NCBI GenBank assembly: GCA_965219445.1
Contig: CBDCNQ010000004.1
Coordinates: forward strand, 928,001-992,000
DNA length: 64,000 nucleotides
Direction: 5' to 3'
Source of the DNA: Longimicrobiales bacterium
GTDB taxonomy: Bacteria; Gemmatimonadota; Gemmatimonadetes; Longimicrobiales; Gaopeijiaceae
How positions within the stretch are numbered: the first letter of the stretch is position 1; each line of letters begins with the position of its first letter. The notes under the pieces are model-generated. The model was not told the DNA's origin and searched no databases. It worked only from the letters and a program-made list of their open reading frames with translations. This document shows, in pieces, positions 1 to 10,053 of this stretch. A program made the position numbers and the translations under genes.

Positions 1-620
1 GTGAGGAGGGCCAGGAGCTCACGGGCCAGGTCCTCTTCGGCTCCCAGGAGGCGTCGCCCGGCGTTCGGGCCCTCTCCCACCACGTGCGGATTGGAACCTA
101 GGAACGTTGGGGTCACCGACGGAAGCTCGCCTCCCGCCGAGGCGACGTTCATCGAGACGTGGTGTCCCTCGAATCGCCAAGCCCAGGCCCCATCCTCGGA
201 GGGGGCGCCGAAGATGTTGAAGTAGTAGTCCTCGGGATCGCGTCGGTCTGGCCGTCCCTCGATCTGGCCGAGGATCCCCTCGAGCTGCATCACTCCAGTC
301 GCCTTCAGGTAGCCCTGCGAGCTGAGAAGGCTCTGCAGGAGCCCGTGGGCGGCCTTACGCTGCTCCGTGTTCATGTCCTTGATCCGCGCGCCGTATCGCT
401 CGCGCGGTATGAAATGCCAATCGAAGCGTTGCTCGGCGTCCAGCTCCCACGTGCCCCGATCGCGCTGGCGACTACCCAAGGTTTCCATAAACGCATCGGC
501 GGCCGCGGCCATACCGCCGACCATCTCGGCCGGCTGGGGCACCGGAGCGCGGACCGCGAATGCGGCCACGAGGAACACGGTCAGGAAGACCGCACCGAGG
601 GTGGTCAGGACGCTGCGCAT
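1..620 (-). CDS. DUF3500 domain-containing exported protein (3' end runs off the window)
   Basis: Not in the ORF track because there is no stop in the window. Manual translation from ATG 620 (GGAGG RBS) gives the signal peptide MRSVLTTLGAVFLTVFLVAAFA, then WHFIPRERYG, RDPEDYYFNIFGAP, WAWRFEGHHVSMN and TPTFLGSNP, typical of DUF3500. Confidence 0.8.
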   Translation of the reverse strand, partial: MRSVLTTLGAVFLTVFLVAAFAVRAPVPQPAEMVGGMAAAADAFMETLGSRQRDRGTWELDAEQRFDWHFIPRERYGARIKDMNTEQRKAAHGLLQSLLSSQGYLKATGVMQLEGILGQIEGRPDRRDPEDYYFNIFGAPSEDGAWAWRFEGHHVSMNVASAGGELPSVTPTFLGSNPHVVGEGPNAGRRLLGAEEDLARELLALL

Positions 621-752
621 GAGTATCCTCCCGCTTACGACGTTGGAACGGCAACGGTACCAAGGTGGCAACATGCGGCTGGGAAGTCGCCCGCGACAGA
701 GGCAGGGCCAGGGGGCGCCCTCGGTATTTGAGCCCTACTCGGGAGGATCCTC

Positions 753-2240
753 TTACGCCACTCCGAATGCGGGCCACCACCTGGCCAGTCCGTATCCCAA
801 CACCACCAGAGTCACGAGTACCAGAAGCGAGGCGAAGAGACCTTTGACGGCCATCGTGTGCAGGTTCACCCCGTATCCCGCCGCTACGGCGGGGCCGCCG
901 GCGGACGAGGGAAGGAGGAAACCGCAGTTTCCGATCACCGTGACGATATAGACGAACGGAATGGGATTCAGATCGAGCGACTGGAACGTACTGATCGTTA
1001 CAGGGACGACGATGGCGATGGCGGCCGTGTTACTGGTGACCTGCGTGAGCACCATCGTCAGGAGAGCGAACACGAGCACCGCCGTGAAGCCGCCGGAGCC
1101 GGCGTACGGTACCAGCGCGTTCGCGAAGGCCTGGGCGGCTCCCGAGCCACTCAGGATCCGGCCCAGGGCGATTCCTCCAGCGAAGAGATAGAACAGGCCC
1201 CAGTACATGTTCGCCTGCGCGAAGTCCCACGTGATGAGCGGCCCCTCGCGCGTGCGAATCACGAAACTCGCCACGGCCATCGCAACGAATGCGAACGCGG
1301 GCGTGAGGCCGGGGACCAGCTCCGCATACAGGGGTCGTCCGAACGCTAGCGCGGCCGCCACGGCAAACAGGGCGAGCCCCCACTTCTCCTCCGTCTTCAT
1401 GGGGCCCAACGCACCCAACTCCTCCCGGAGATAGTCCTCGGAGCCGGGTAGCTTGGCGACGTCCGGCCGCATGGCGAACCGCAGGAAGAAGAACATCATG
1501 AGCACGATCACCGCGGTGATCGGAGCCAGTCGCATGACCCAGGTCAGAAAGAGGAATTCCTGACCGGTGACGGACTCTTCGATGAAGCCGACGGTCAAGA
1601 GATTCGGGGCGCCACCGAGCGGGGTCGCGGCCCCCCCCGCGCTCGTGCCCCAGGCCACGGCGATGACGAGTGCCGTGCCGACGCGGCTGTTCCAGAGATC
1701 CTCGATGCCGACGGACCGTAACATCGCGACGACGATCGGAATCATCGTGGCGGCGACGATCGTGTTCGGGAGAACGCCCGAGAGGGCCGCGCTGACCAGA
1801 AACCAGACGAGGATCTGCCTGGACGTGTCGGTCCCCACGCCGAGTAGCGAAGCGAGGCCGATTCTCCGATCGAGCCCCCATCGAGCCCAGACGCTCGTCA
1901 GGACGTTCGCACCCAGCAGGAGAAGGATCGTGTCCTGTGAGTACGAGGTCGCGACCTCATCCATGGGCGCGAGTCCGAAGATCGCGGCCACGGGGATCGG
2001 GAGTAGTCCTGTGACGGCCAGGTGCACCGGCCGGGTGATCCACCACCAGGCCATCCAAACGAGCAGGCCCATGGCGCCGCGAGTCTCGAACGGAAGCCCA
2101 CCCAAGGGCATGAGCAGCAGCACCGCAAAGACGACCGGTCCCGCCACGAGATGACGAAGCTTCGCGGGCGGGACGGGCCTTGGCTGGGCCGCCGGGGCTC
2201 TGATGCCGTCTCCCGCCTCAGGGGGCGGTGCAGAGGGCAA
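753..2240 (-). CDS. SLC13/DASS family sodium:dicarboxylate/sulfate symporter
   Basis: Multi-TM protein with TPLGGAPNLL, TQVTSNTA and FLLPSSAGGP motifs. The TTG start is uncertain. Confidence 0.85.
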   Translation of the reverse strand: MPSAPPPEAGDGIRAPAAQPRPVPPAKLRHLVAGPVVFAVLLLMPLGGLPFETRGAMGLLVWMAWWWITRPVHLAVTGLLPIPVAAIFGLAPMDEVATSYSQDTILLLLGANVLTSVWARWGLDRRIGLASLLGVGTDTSRQILVWFLVSAALSGVLPNTIVAATMIPIVVAMLRSVGIEDLWNSRVGTALVIAVAWGTSAGGAATPLGGAPNLLTVGFIEESVTGQEFLFLTWVMRLAPITAVIVLMMFFFLRFAMRPDVAKLPGSEDYLREELGALGPMKTEEKWGLALFAVAAALAFGRPLYAELVPGLTPAFAFVAMAVASFVIRTREGPLITWDFAQANMYWGLFYLFAGGIALGRILSGSGAAQAFANALVPYAGSGGFTAVLVFALLTMVLTQVTSNTAAIAIVVPVTISTFQSLDLNPIPFVYIVTVIGNCGFLLPSSAGGPAVAAGYGVNLHTMAVKGLFASLLVLVTLVVLGYGLARWWPAFGVA

Positions 2241-2274
2241 TGCTAAGTCTCTTGGTCCGCGTGATTCCGAACAC

Positions 2275-3396
2275 TCACCTCGGTCCCTGGGCCTCCATCC
2301 GTTCCTCGTAACGCGCGCCCCTCAAGATGTTCGCGAGCGCGTAGTTGGCCTCGTGACAGGCGTACTCGTAGATCTGCTGGTCGAACTTCACCCAGGGAAT
2401 CTGTCCGCCCCACACCTGGGTGTAGGTCCTCGGGTCGTGAATCTCGAATTCATAGAGGATCGCGTGGTCAGCGACCCGGGTGAGGCGCTCGATCACCTTC
2501 AGATCCTCAGAATTCAGGATCTTGTCAATTTGCTCCTTGTAGCCCATGTCCGGGTGGATGTTGGTGGTCTGGACCACGAGAGTGTTGCCCTCCCAATGGC
2601 CCCACGAGTCTCCGAACCAGGGCCGAACGCGTTTTGGCAGCGGGTCCGGCTCGCCTAGTTTGACGATCCGGACGTCGTGGACCATCTCGGTGAAGATCAG
2701 CACATGGTCGGCGTTCTGAACGATCTTGATATTGTTGTTGTACCCCGAGCTGGGCGTCATCGGAGGTCCCATCGTGCTGTTGTAGCTCGAGCCGTAGAAG
2801 GCGAGGCAACGGGTTGCGATCGGCAAGAGTTCCGGATGGTCGTAGGGGCCGAACTGGGATCGGAACCCGTGGTATTCGTCCTTCCGCTCCTGGCCCTCGG
2901 CCGTGAGCGCGGGAATCCGGCCGTCTGCCGGAAAGGTGATGAGGGACGTCCGAGGCTCGCCGTAAACCCTCGCCACCCGCTTCTGATCCGCATTGTAATA
3001 GATTCGGTTGGCACTCCGGCTCGTCCACTGCTCGCCGCTTGCCTGTGGCGCGCGATCCGGGTCACTCGGCTCTTGGTCCTCCTGGAAGGAAGCCTGAGAC
3101 AGCCGTTCGCGTTCGATTGCCTCCTCCTCCGTGTAGACGGGACCGAGCCCGGGCCGGCGCTCGAAGGGTGTGAGCGTCGAGTTCTTCCAGTTGCCCTGGA
3201 GGTCGGGATGGCCCCATTCGTTTCTGGGCGGTTGCCAGTCGGGATCCCATCGCTGGGCTCCGTCGGGAGTCTGGGCCTCAGCCCAGGAGAAGAACCCCGT
3301 CGATGCGAAGGCGAGACAAAGCGCGAGTCCCGATTTTGACGCTCGCGTGATCATCGCCGACAGCAGGAATCGGGTAGTCCTCAGGTTCACCATCAT
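2275..3396 (-). CDS. Exported protein of unknown function (PDLQGxW ... YEYACHExNY family); paralog of 33663-34706
   Basis: Start moved to ATG 3396 after a GGAGA RBS. Signal peptide ends WAEA. Motifs GHPDLQGNW, WFGDSWGHWEGNTLVV and YEYACHEANY. Confidence 0.75.
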   Translation of the reverse strand: MMVNLRTTRFLLSAMITRASKSGLALCLAFASTGFFSWAEAQTPDGAQRWDPDWQPPRNEWGHPDLQGNWKNSTLTPFERRPGLGPVYTEEEAIERERLSQASFQEDQEPSDPDRAPQASGEQWTSRSANRIYYNADQKRVARVYGEPRTSLITFPADGRIPALTAEGQERKDEYHGFRSQFGPYDHPELLPIATRCLAFYGSSYNSTMGPPMTPSSGYNNNIKIVQNADHVLIFTEMVHDVRIVKLGEPDPLPKRVRPWFGDSWGHWEGNTLVVQTTNIHPDMGYKEQIDKILNSEDLKVIERLTRVADHAILYEFEIHDPRTYTQVWGGQIPWVKFDQQIYEYACHEANYALANILRGARYEERMEAQGPR

Positions 3397-3424
3397 CACG
3401 TCTCCGTCAGTCAGAACACCCCGA

Positions 3425-4417
3425 TCAGAACACTGCGATCGGGTTGAGCGGGGAACCGGTGCCACCGGTAACAGGAATCGGAGCTGCCGTCAGCAAGAAC
3501 TCCCAACGGTTCAGACGGGCCGCGGTCTCGGCGAGCGCCTCGAGGTCCATGTTGTCGAAGATGTTCGAGCCGAGGCCGGCGATCAAAAAGGTATGGAGCG
3601 GCTGCGTGATACCCTCGACCAGCGAAGGCATTACGTCGGTGGCCGCATCGCTCCCTACGAACGCGACGTCGCGTTCCTTGATCCAGGGGAGGACGGACGC
3701 GTGCAGCCCGGCGCTGTTGCCCGACACCCGCCACGGTCCGAGCGCTTCGCGTCGCGCCCAACGGCCCGTGTATACGAAGATGACGTCTCCGGCCGAGACG
3801 GTGACCCCGGCTTGCCGCTCCCAGGCCTCGATATCTTCGATGTAGATCGGTGTCGTGGGCTCGAGGTAGGCAACGCCCTTGAGGCGCGGGAAATCGAGCA
3901 GGATACCGCGCGTGACGATGCCGCTCTTGAGGTTGTGGATACCGTTCCTGCCGCACCCCTCGGACGAGTTCGCGGACAGGGGAACGTCATTGTAGAGTCG
4001 GCCGTTGTGGGCGAAGTGGCAGAGCGCGTCGATGTGGCTGACCCCGTAGCCGTGATACGTGAACGTGTAGGTGTCACTCCGGAGACTCCGGCCCATGACA
4101 TGATCGAACGCGGCGTCAGGGTTGTCGGGAGCCTCTTCCGGAATTGGATTGTGGGCCAAGGATACGGTGATCCCGCTTCGGACCAGTGAGGCCGCCTCGC
4201 GGGTCTTGGCGGGGGTAATCAGGTTCATCGTCCCGCGCTCGTCGTCGGCGCCCCAGCGCCCCCAATTCGAGTGCTCGCGGAACATCGCGTCGAACTCCTC
4301 CAGGTTGCGCGGAGCCCGCGTCGCGTCCTGGGCCTCGACCGTCACCACTGCCCCGCCCAAGTAGACCGTCACCGCCGCCGCAAACACCAATGGCGACCTC
4401 ATCAACCCCACGTTCAT
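3425..4417 (-). CDS. Cyclase family (kynurenine formamidase-like) metal-dependent hydrolase with signal peptide
   Basis: NWGRWGADDERGTMNLITP, HGYGVSHIDALCH, GIVTRGILLD and GGTGSPLNPIAVF. GGAGG RBS upstream. Confidence 0.85.
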   Translation of the reverse strand: MNVGLMRSPLVFAAAVTVYLGGAVVTVEAQDATRAPRNLEEFDAMFREHSNWGRWGADDERGTMNLITPAKTREAASLVRSGITVSLAHNPIPEEAPDNPDAAFDHVMGRSLRSDTYTFTYHGYGVSHIDALCHFAHNGRLYNDVPLSANSSEGCGRNGIHNLKSGIVTRGILLDFPRLKGVAYLEPTTPIYIEDIEAWERQAGVTVSAGDVIFVYTGRWARREALGPWRVSGNSAGLHASVLPWIKERDVAFVGSDAATDVMPSLVEGITQPLHTFLIAGLGSNIFDNMDLEALAETAARLNRWEFLLTAAPIPVTGGTGSPLNPIAVF

Positions 4418-4586
4418 CGTTTCCCCCCTCCGGTTGACGTGCGCGCGCGCCGCAAGACCAGGTCCCTTGAGGAACGAGGGCGGCCGGGCCCGCGCTGATA
4501 ATAGGAAGGCCCACAGTCGGGTGGCAAACGCGCGAGTACGATCGGACTCACCAGTGACGGCGGGGACCCGCTCGAGTCTCCAGCGG

Positions 4587-7370
4587 CTAAGGGTTCAGCC
4601 AGTAGTTCACCTTGATCATGAAGATGTTGTCCGGAGCGACGTCGAATATGTCCCCCGTGTCACGCCCGAGATCGAAGGTCCCCACCCAGTCGTCCGTCCC
4701 GGGTGCTCTGTGGCCCGTTACCGAATCGATTCTCCGCTGCTGCCACACGAAAAACAGCGTCGAGCCCGGCCTCCACTCCCATCTCAGAACCGCGTTTCCG
4801 AGCAGGCTTCGATAGCTGAAGTCTCGGTCGGAAACCGGAAAGCTCGGCGCGGGGTCATCCCCGTCCGGATCGACCTCGAACTCGCCCTCGGGGGTGCGCA
4901 CGACCGTGCCGACGTCTCGCCCGTACTCGAGAAAATCGAAGGTTCCCGGAGCTCGGAACTCCTTCAGCGCACCGTAGTCACCGGTCGAAATGAAGGGCTC
5001 CACGTACATCTGGAGAGAAAGGGTCGGGGAAAAGGTGAGGTTCACCCGGGTCTCGAGTGAGAGTGTGGACCGCTTCAGGTCTGCGAAGACGTAGCGAGTT
5101 TCGAACGTCTGCGTTGCTAGCGGGTCGCCCACGCGAGTCACGTACTGCGCCGCCGACCGGAACCAGGAGTAGGACGGACCGACGCTGATCTGAAGCGTCT
5201 CCTGGAAACGCGCGTTCAGACTCAGCTGAACGCCCCGACTCCACCCACCCGCCTCATCCGAGCCCCAGGTGAACGAGCCGCTCCCGACCGCGGCCCTTCG
5301 CCCGTCGGAGTTCAAACGGAAGGTCACCGACTTGCGGGCTGGAGAGCGTGCGATCGGCCCCCCTCTGGTGAGCCGATCGTCCTCGTTCCACGGGTCGTAT
5401 TGGAGGCGAACCGTGGTGCGCCAATAGTTCAGGAAGGTTAACGAATTCGACAGGTTGACGTTCGCGCGCGTTCGGTCTCCCGCGAAATTCCAAACCGCAT
5501 CGGGGCCTCCGAAGACCCTCCATGACCTGAAAACCCGACCGGGGTCGGGCTGCGTGTACTGATAGTGCGTGTCGAGTAGGAAACGGTCGGCATTGGTGTG
5601 GAACCCGAGGTCGTTTACCTCATAGCCGGGGCTGATCGCCGCGAAGCCGTTCCTCATCGTGAAGTTTCCGGCCTGTTTGCCGACGTATCCCATCGCATAG
5701 AAGCCGCTCAGGGATGTCGCCGCCGGGTCCAACTCCAGGTGGGAGGCGTCGGGTCTGTGAAGGTACCGGGTCGAGGATTCCTGGGTACGTCGAATCGCGT
5801 CGATTCCGCCCCCGACGCGGCTACCCGAGATCAGGCCGGTGAAGAGCCAGATGCGGTCTGCTGATTCATGTGCGAAGTCGAATCCGCCGGCGTAGGCCGA
5901 GGTGTGCAGGCTCGCCTCCAGAGGGGTGCCCGACGCATCTCGATTCACCGCAGAGGCGATCATCCCGAACCGGGTCTGCCCCCCACGAATCTGGCGCCGT
6001 GCCCTCCCCACGAAGTAGTTCGCCGCCGGCTCGACCATCCGCCGATGGTCCATAGCCCCCCCATCCACATACGTGGCAACCTCCTTGGCGGTCACAGCCT
6101 CTAGAATCCCCAGCGACCAGCCGTCCCCGATCCGGCCCGTGACCTTGGCCGCCCCTGCGATCGTCGTAGCGGTCGGCACGTCCGAGAACACCGCGTCAGA
6201 GGGGACGTCCCCACTGGGCGGCCGCCCGATTCGGCGCGAATAGACGAGCGCCGGTCCCCGACCGATGCTGCCCATGGGTCCGGCTTCGCCGAAGTTGAAA
6301 ATGTCGGCTCCTTCGACGAAGAAGGGCCTTCGCTCGGCGTACTGCGTCTCGAATGCTGTGAGGTTGATGATCGAGGGATCCAGCTCCACCTGCCCAAAGT
6401 CGGGGTTCACCGTCGCGTCGAGGGTCACGTTGGAGGTGATCCGGTACTTGAGATCCAAGCCCACAGCACCGAAGTGATCCGATCCCGACCGATAGGGGTT
6501 CGCGAAATTTATGCCCGAGGGGTCCTCCAGCTGCAAGTACTCCCCACGGGCGGCGACGTAGGGAAGAAGCTCCAGCCTGCGACCCGTCTCGATCCCCTCG
6601 ATTCCGTCCACATGGGCAAACCGCGATACACCGGCCCTCTCGAGCGTCGGAGTGAACGGGAAGGTCGCGTTCTCCTGGTTCCGGTTGATGTCCCGCTCGA
6701 ACTGGACGCCCCACACCTGCAGGTCACTTGGACTGAAGCGAAGTTGGCTGAACGGAATCCGCATCTCGACCACCCATCCCGCGTCGGTCACTTCCGTGGC
6801 CAGGTCCCAGACCGGATCCCACGACGAGTCCCCACGACCCAGGCTGTTTCCGGTGATGATCGCGTCCCCCTTGACGCCCGACGGATTCGTCCAAAAGCGG
6901 TAGGCGGTTTCGTGGTCGTGGTAGCTGTCCAAAAGCACTACGAGCACGTCGGAATCGTCGAGGCCGGCATCCCGCCGGGCAAGACGGGTCGTGACCGGAC
7001 TCCGGTCATCCAGGATCGCTCCGATGTAGATCGCAACGTCATCGTAGGCCAAACGCACCTCGGTGCGCTCTGATGCGGCCTCGCCTTCGAACGGCAGGGT
7101 CTGAAGAAAATCGGTAATCGGGGGGGCATCCAACCACGCCGCGTCGTCGAGCGCTCCATCGATGGAGATCGGAGCGTCGACTCGTGCGGCCCGGGCGCGG
7201 GGCGCGAGGGCATGTCGGTACTCCGAAGTCGGCTGGACCGTGACAGCGGGCTGCGTCCCTTCCTCGACGGGGCGCTGCGCCACGAGCTCTAGCGCTGTGC
7301 AAAGCGTAACGAGGCATCCAATCGGCAAGAAGAGAGCCGTTGAACGCCGCGATGGGGTCTGAGAATGCAT
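4587..7370 (-). CDS. DUF5916 domain protein with N-terminal CBM9-like domain (probable outer-membrane barrel)
   Basis: IDGALDDAAW, TEVRLAYDD, WVVEMRIPFSQLRF, TVNPDFGQVELD, ERRPFFVEG and a C-terminal KVNYW. Start trimmed to ATG 7370 (ORF track gives 7511). Confidence 0.85.
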   Translation of the reverse strand: MHSQTPSRRSTALFLPIGCLVTLCTALELVAQRPVEEGTQPAVTVQPTSEYRHALAPRARAARVDAPISIDGALDDAAWLDAPPITDFLQTLPFEGEAASERTEVRLAYDDVAIYIGAILDDRSPVTTRLARRDAGLDDSDVLVVLLDSYHDHETAYRFWTNPSGVKGDAIITGNSLGRGDSSWDPVWDLATEVTDAGWVVEMRIPFSQLRFSPSDLQVWGVQFERDINRNQENATFPFTPTLERAGVSRFAHVDGIEGIETGRRLELLPYVAARGEYLQLEDPSGINFANPYRSGSDHFGAVGLDLKYRITSNVTLDATVNPDFGQVELDPSIINLTAFETQYAERRPFFVEGADIFNFGEAGPMGSIGRGPALVYSRRIGRPPSGDVPSDAVFSDVPTATTIAGAAKVTGRIGDGWSLGILEAVTAKEVATYVDGGAMDHRRMVEPAANYFVGRARRQIRGGQTRFGMIASAVNRDASGTPLEASLHTSAYAGGFDFAHESADRIWLFTGLISGSRVGGGIDAIRRTQESSTRYLHRPDASHLELDPAATSLSGFYAMGYVGKQAGNFTMRNGFAAISPGYEVNDLGFHTNADRFLLDTHYQYTQPDPGRVFRSWRVFGGPDAVWNFAGDRTRANVNLSNSLTFLNYWRTTVRLQYDPWNEDDRLTRGGPIARSPARKSVTFRLNSDGRRAAVGSGSFTWGSDEAGGWSRGVQLSLNARFQETLQISVGPSYSWFRSAAQYVTRVGDPLATQTFETRYVFADLKRSTLSLETRVNLTFSPTLSLQMYVEPFISTGDYGALKEFRAPGTFDFLEYGRDVGTVVRTPEGEFEVDPDGDDPAPSFPVSDRDFSYRSLLGNAVLRWEWRPGSTLFFVWQQRRIDSVTGHRAPGTDDWVGTFDLGRDTGDIFDVAPDNIFMIKVNYWLNP

Positions 7371-7524
7371 CTGTTGGGGACTTGTGGTGGGAAGTGTCTG
7401 AACGGCGCTAAGCTCTCCCGATCCCTTCGGGAAAGCAAGCGAGAGAGGGATATTACAGCTCCGAGAGGAGCCGACTTCACAGACTCGGAGCGGCACACCC
7501 CACATTGCCAACTCAGAGATATCA

Positions 7525-7548
7525 TATCATGATGTAGGTATCATGATG
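7525..7548 (+). promoter_or_regulatory. Putative antitoxin autoregulatory operator: two TATCATGATG direct repeats, each with the palindrome ATCATGAT
   Basis: Copies at 7525-7534 and 7539-7548. The second overlaps the antitoxin start codon. Confidence 0.55.
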
Positions 7549-7842
7549 GCACGCACACAACTTTCCTTTGAGAGAGAAATGCTCCAGAAGGCCCGGGAGC
7601 GGGCAGGTCAGCTTGGAATCTCGCTTGCCGAATACGTACGCCGGCTGGTGGCGGAGGATCTGGGCGGCGGAATAGAGCCGGTGGGCCCCACCGCAGTTTT
7701 CAATCTCGGGAGTTCGGGGGGCTCAGACGTCGCGCGGGACAAGGACGCAATGCTTGGACAGGCTTTCTCGGAAGCGGCACGGCCAAGGGTAGATCGTTCT
7801 AAGGAAGATCGTCTCCCGGATGGAGGAGAGGCTGAGCGTTGA
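7543..7842 (+). CDS. vapB: Ribbon-helix-helix/CopG-like antitoxin
   Basis: N-terminal RTQLSF...GISLAEYVRRLV pattern. Its stop overlaps the PIN gene start (TTGA). Confidence 0.7.
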   Translation: MMARTQLSFEREMLQKARERAGQLGISLAEYVRRLVAEDLGGGIEPVGPTAVFNLGSSGGSDVARDKDAMLGQAFSEAARPRVDRSKEDRLPDGGEAER

Positions 7843-8252
7843 GCTTGTTCGTCGACACCTCCGCCTGGTACGCTGCCGCGGACTCTGGTGATGTAGCAAA
7901 CAGTAGAGCCCGCGAGATCTTGGGTTCCGGAGAGTCCCTTTTGACGACGGATCACATCTTGATCGAAACCTGGACCCTACTTCGTTTTCGAGTTCACCGA
8001 ACGGCGGCGGAGGCTTTTTGGGCCGGGCTCCGAAGCGGGGTTGCGAGAATTGAGGTTGTCGGGGCTGCAGATCTTCAGGCGGCATGGACGATCGGGCAGG
8101 ACTTTCCCGATCAGGGCTTCTCTTTGGTCGACCGAACCAGCTTCGCGGTCATGGAGAGGCTGGGAATCCAGCGCGCCGCATCATTCGATGACGATTTTGC
8201 CGTCTATCGTTTCGGGCCCCGACGGTCGCAAGCTTTCGAGGTGGTGAGGTAG
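7839..8252 (+). CDS. vapC: PIN-domain toxin (VapC family ribonuclease)
   Basis: Acidic PIN residues in FVDTSAW, ILIETW, SLVDRTSF and ASFDDDF. Confidence 0.9.
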   Translation: MSLFVDTSAWYAAADSGDVANSRAREILGSGESLLTTDHILIETWTLLRFRVHRTAAEAFWAGLRSGVARIEVVGAADLQAAWTIGQDFPDQGFSLVDRTSFAVMERLGIQRAASFDDDFAVYRFGPRRSQAFEVVR

Positions 8253-8295
8253 CCGTTCCATGCTATTATCCCACTCCCTCAACAGGAGTGAATAC

Positions 8296-8658
8296 ATGAC
8301 CCATTACGGCTCCAAGGAACTCGCGCAGAGCTTTCGCACCGTTCGCAAGAACACCCTCGAGACGGCGCGGGACATTCCCGAAGACAAGTACGACTTTGCG
8401 GCGGCACCGGATTGTAAGAGTGTCGAGAAACTGCTGACCCATATCGCGCTTGCCTATCGGCTTCAGCATCAGGTTCACGCCGTCGAGAAGCGGTCCAGCA
8501 TGGAGGGCCTAGACTTCCCGGCGATCATGGCCGAGCTCGGGGCGCAAGAAGCGCAACCCCGAACGAAGAGCCAGGTGATCGCGATGCTCGAGGAGGGGGG
8601 CGAGATCTGGGCGACCTTTTTGGATGGTTTGTGCCGGAGGAGCGTGCACGGGCTCTGA
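8296..8658 (+). pseudogene. DinB family protein, 3'-truncated
   Basis: AGGAG RBS. MTHYGSKELAQSFRTVRKNT...PEDKYDF...LLTHIA is DinB-like. Similarity stops at FLDGL (about 8630), and I found no C-terminal His-containing helix (EHExHHRGQ-type) downstream in any frame. Confidence 0.7.
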
Positions 8659-8791
8659 ATAGTGTAGCCGGAGTGTAGCTCTGGTGCCGGAATCCATTCA
8701 CGGCACCCGGAATCGCTATTGACATCCGAGGGTGCCGTGACGTAGGACAATGGGGCACTTCGGATTCCGAGACTCCAGACCAAGGGACATT

Positions 8792-9943
8792 ATGCGACTC
8801 ACGCCCAGCTTCGGCGTGATCACCGCGTTCATCCTGCTCGCCGCCTCTGCCGGGCTCTCCGCCCAAGCGGCCGAGGTCACCGAGCCGTTCAAAGTAGGAA
8901 CGTTCGAGATCGATGGGATCCCCACAGTGGGACTCGTCTTCCGCGACGCGATCGTCGCCGATCTCAGCGCGGCGAACGATCTGCTCGAGACCAATCCGGC
9001 CTATCCGCACGTCCCGATGCCGGAGGACATGCTCGCGCTGATCGGTCAATATGGGTATGGGCTCAAGTACCGCCTTTACGAGATCGCCAACAACCTCGTG
9101 GACGGGGGCCGGCTCACGGGATCTACGCGCGCCGAGTTCGTTCATGACGTGGAGGACATCCGGACGCTCCCGCCGATCATGTACCCCAGAAAGGTTCTGA
9201 ACGCGGCGGGAAACTTCTACAGCCACGTGGGAGAGGGCGGCGGCCCCGAAGCACAGGCGGCAGCGGCACGCGAACGGGCTGCCAACCGAGGCGTCCCGTA
9301 CCTCTTCATGAAGCCGACATGGGGCTCGATCATCGGAAATGGCGATGCGATCACGATTCCATACGGTCGTGACCGGACGGACTGGGAGGTCGAGATAGGG
9401 ACGGTGATCGGCCGCGCGGCAAAGTACGTCACCTCTGCAGACGCCCAGGACTACGTGTTCGGCTACATGGTCACGATCGACGTCTCCGACCGTGGCGGCC
9501 GTCCGCCGGGAAACCGGGAGTCTGGCGGCGACTGGTTCGTCGGTAAGGGCCACGACACCTTTGCGCCCCACGGACCCTGGATTGTTCCAAAAGAGTTCTA
9601 CGGCGACCCGATGCAGAACCTGCGGCAGACGCTGAGCGTGGACGGTCGGATCCTGCAGGAAGCCAGGGCGGGCGATATGATCCATTCGCTCTGGGAGCTG
9701 ATCGAGTACGCTTCGTCGATCAACACGCTCCTCCCCGGTGACGTGATCAACGGTGGCACCTCGGGCGGCACCGGGATGGCTGTGGTGCAGACCGGTGAAG
9801 CACAGTGGCTGCAACCGGGCGACGTGGTAGAGGCCACCGTCGATGGAATCGGGACACTGAGGATGCCCGTAATCGGCGAGGACAGGCCCGCCGGTGACAC
9901 GGGAGTCCGGCTGCCCCCGGTGAACACCTACCGAAACCGGTGA
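8792..9943 (+). CDS. Fumarylacetoacetate hydrolase family protein with signal peptide
   Basis: PYLFMKP, DWEVEIGTVIG, IDVSDR, GKGHDTFAPHGP and LLPGDVINGGT. N-terminal hydrophobic leader ends SAQA. Confidence 0.9.
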   Translation: MRLTPSFGVITAFILLAASAGLSAQAAEVTEPFKVGTFEIDGIPTVGLVFRDAIVADLSAANDLLETNPAYPHVPMPEDMLALIGQYGYGLKYRLYEIANNLVDGGRLTGSTRAEFVHDVEDIRTLPPIMYPRKVLNAAGNFYSHVGEGGGPEAQAAAARERAANRGVPYLFMKPTWGSIIGNGDAITIPYGRDRTDWEVEIGTVIGRAAKYVTSADAQDYVFGYMVTIDVSDRGGRPPGNRESGGDWFVGKGHDTFAPHGPWIVPKEFYGDPMQNLRQTLSVDGRILQEARAGDMIHSLWELIEYASSINTLLPGDVINGGTSGGTGMAVVQTGEAQWLQPGDVVEATVDGIGTLRMPVIGEDRPAGDTGVRLPPVNTYRNR

Positions 9944-10053
9944 GCCGAGCCGGAGGGGGCGGCGATCGTCCCCGCGAGTTCCTCGATGCGCTGAGGAGCT
10001 GGAAAGATGGCAGGAGTTAAGAGATCACTCGAAAATAGGATGAGGAGGAAGCT

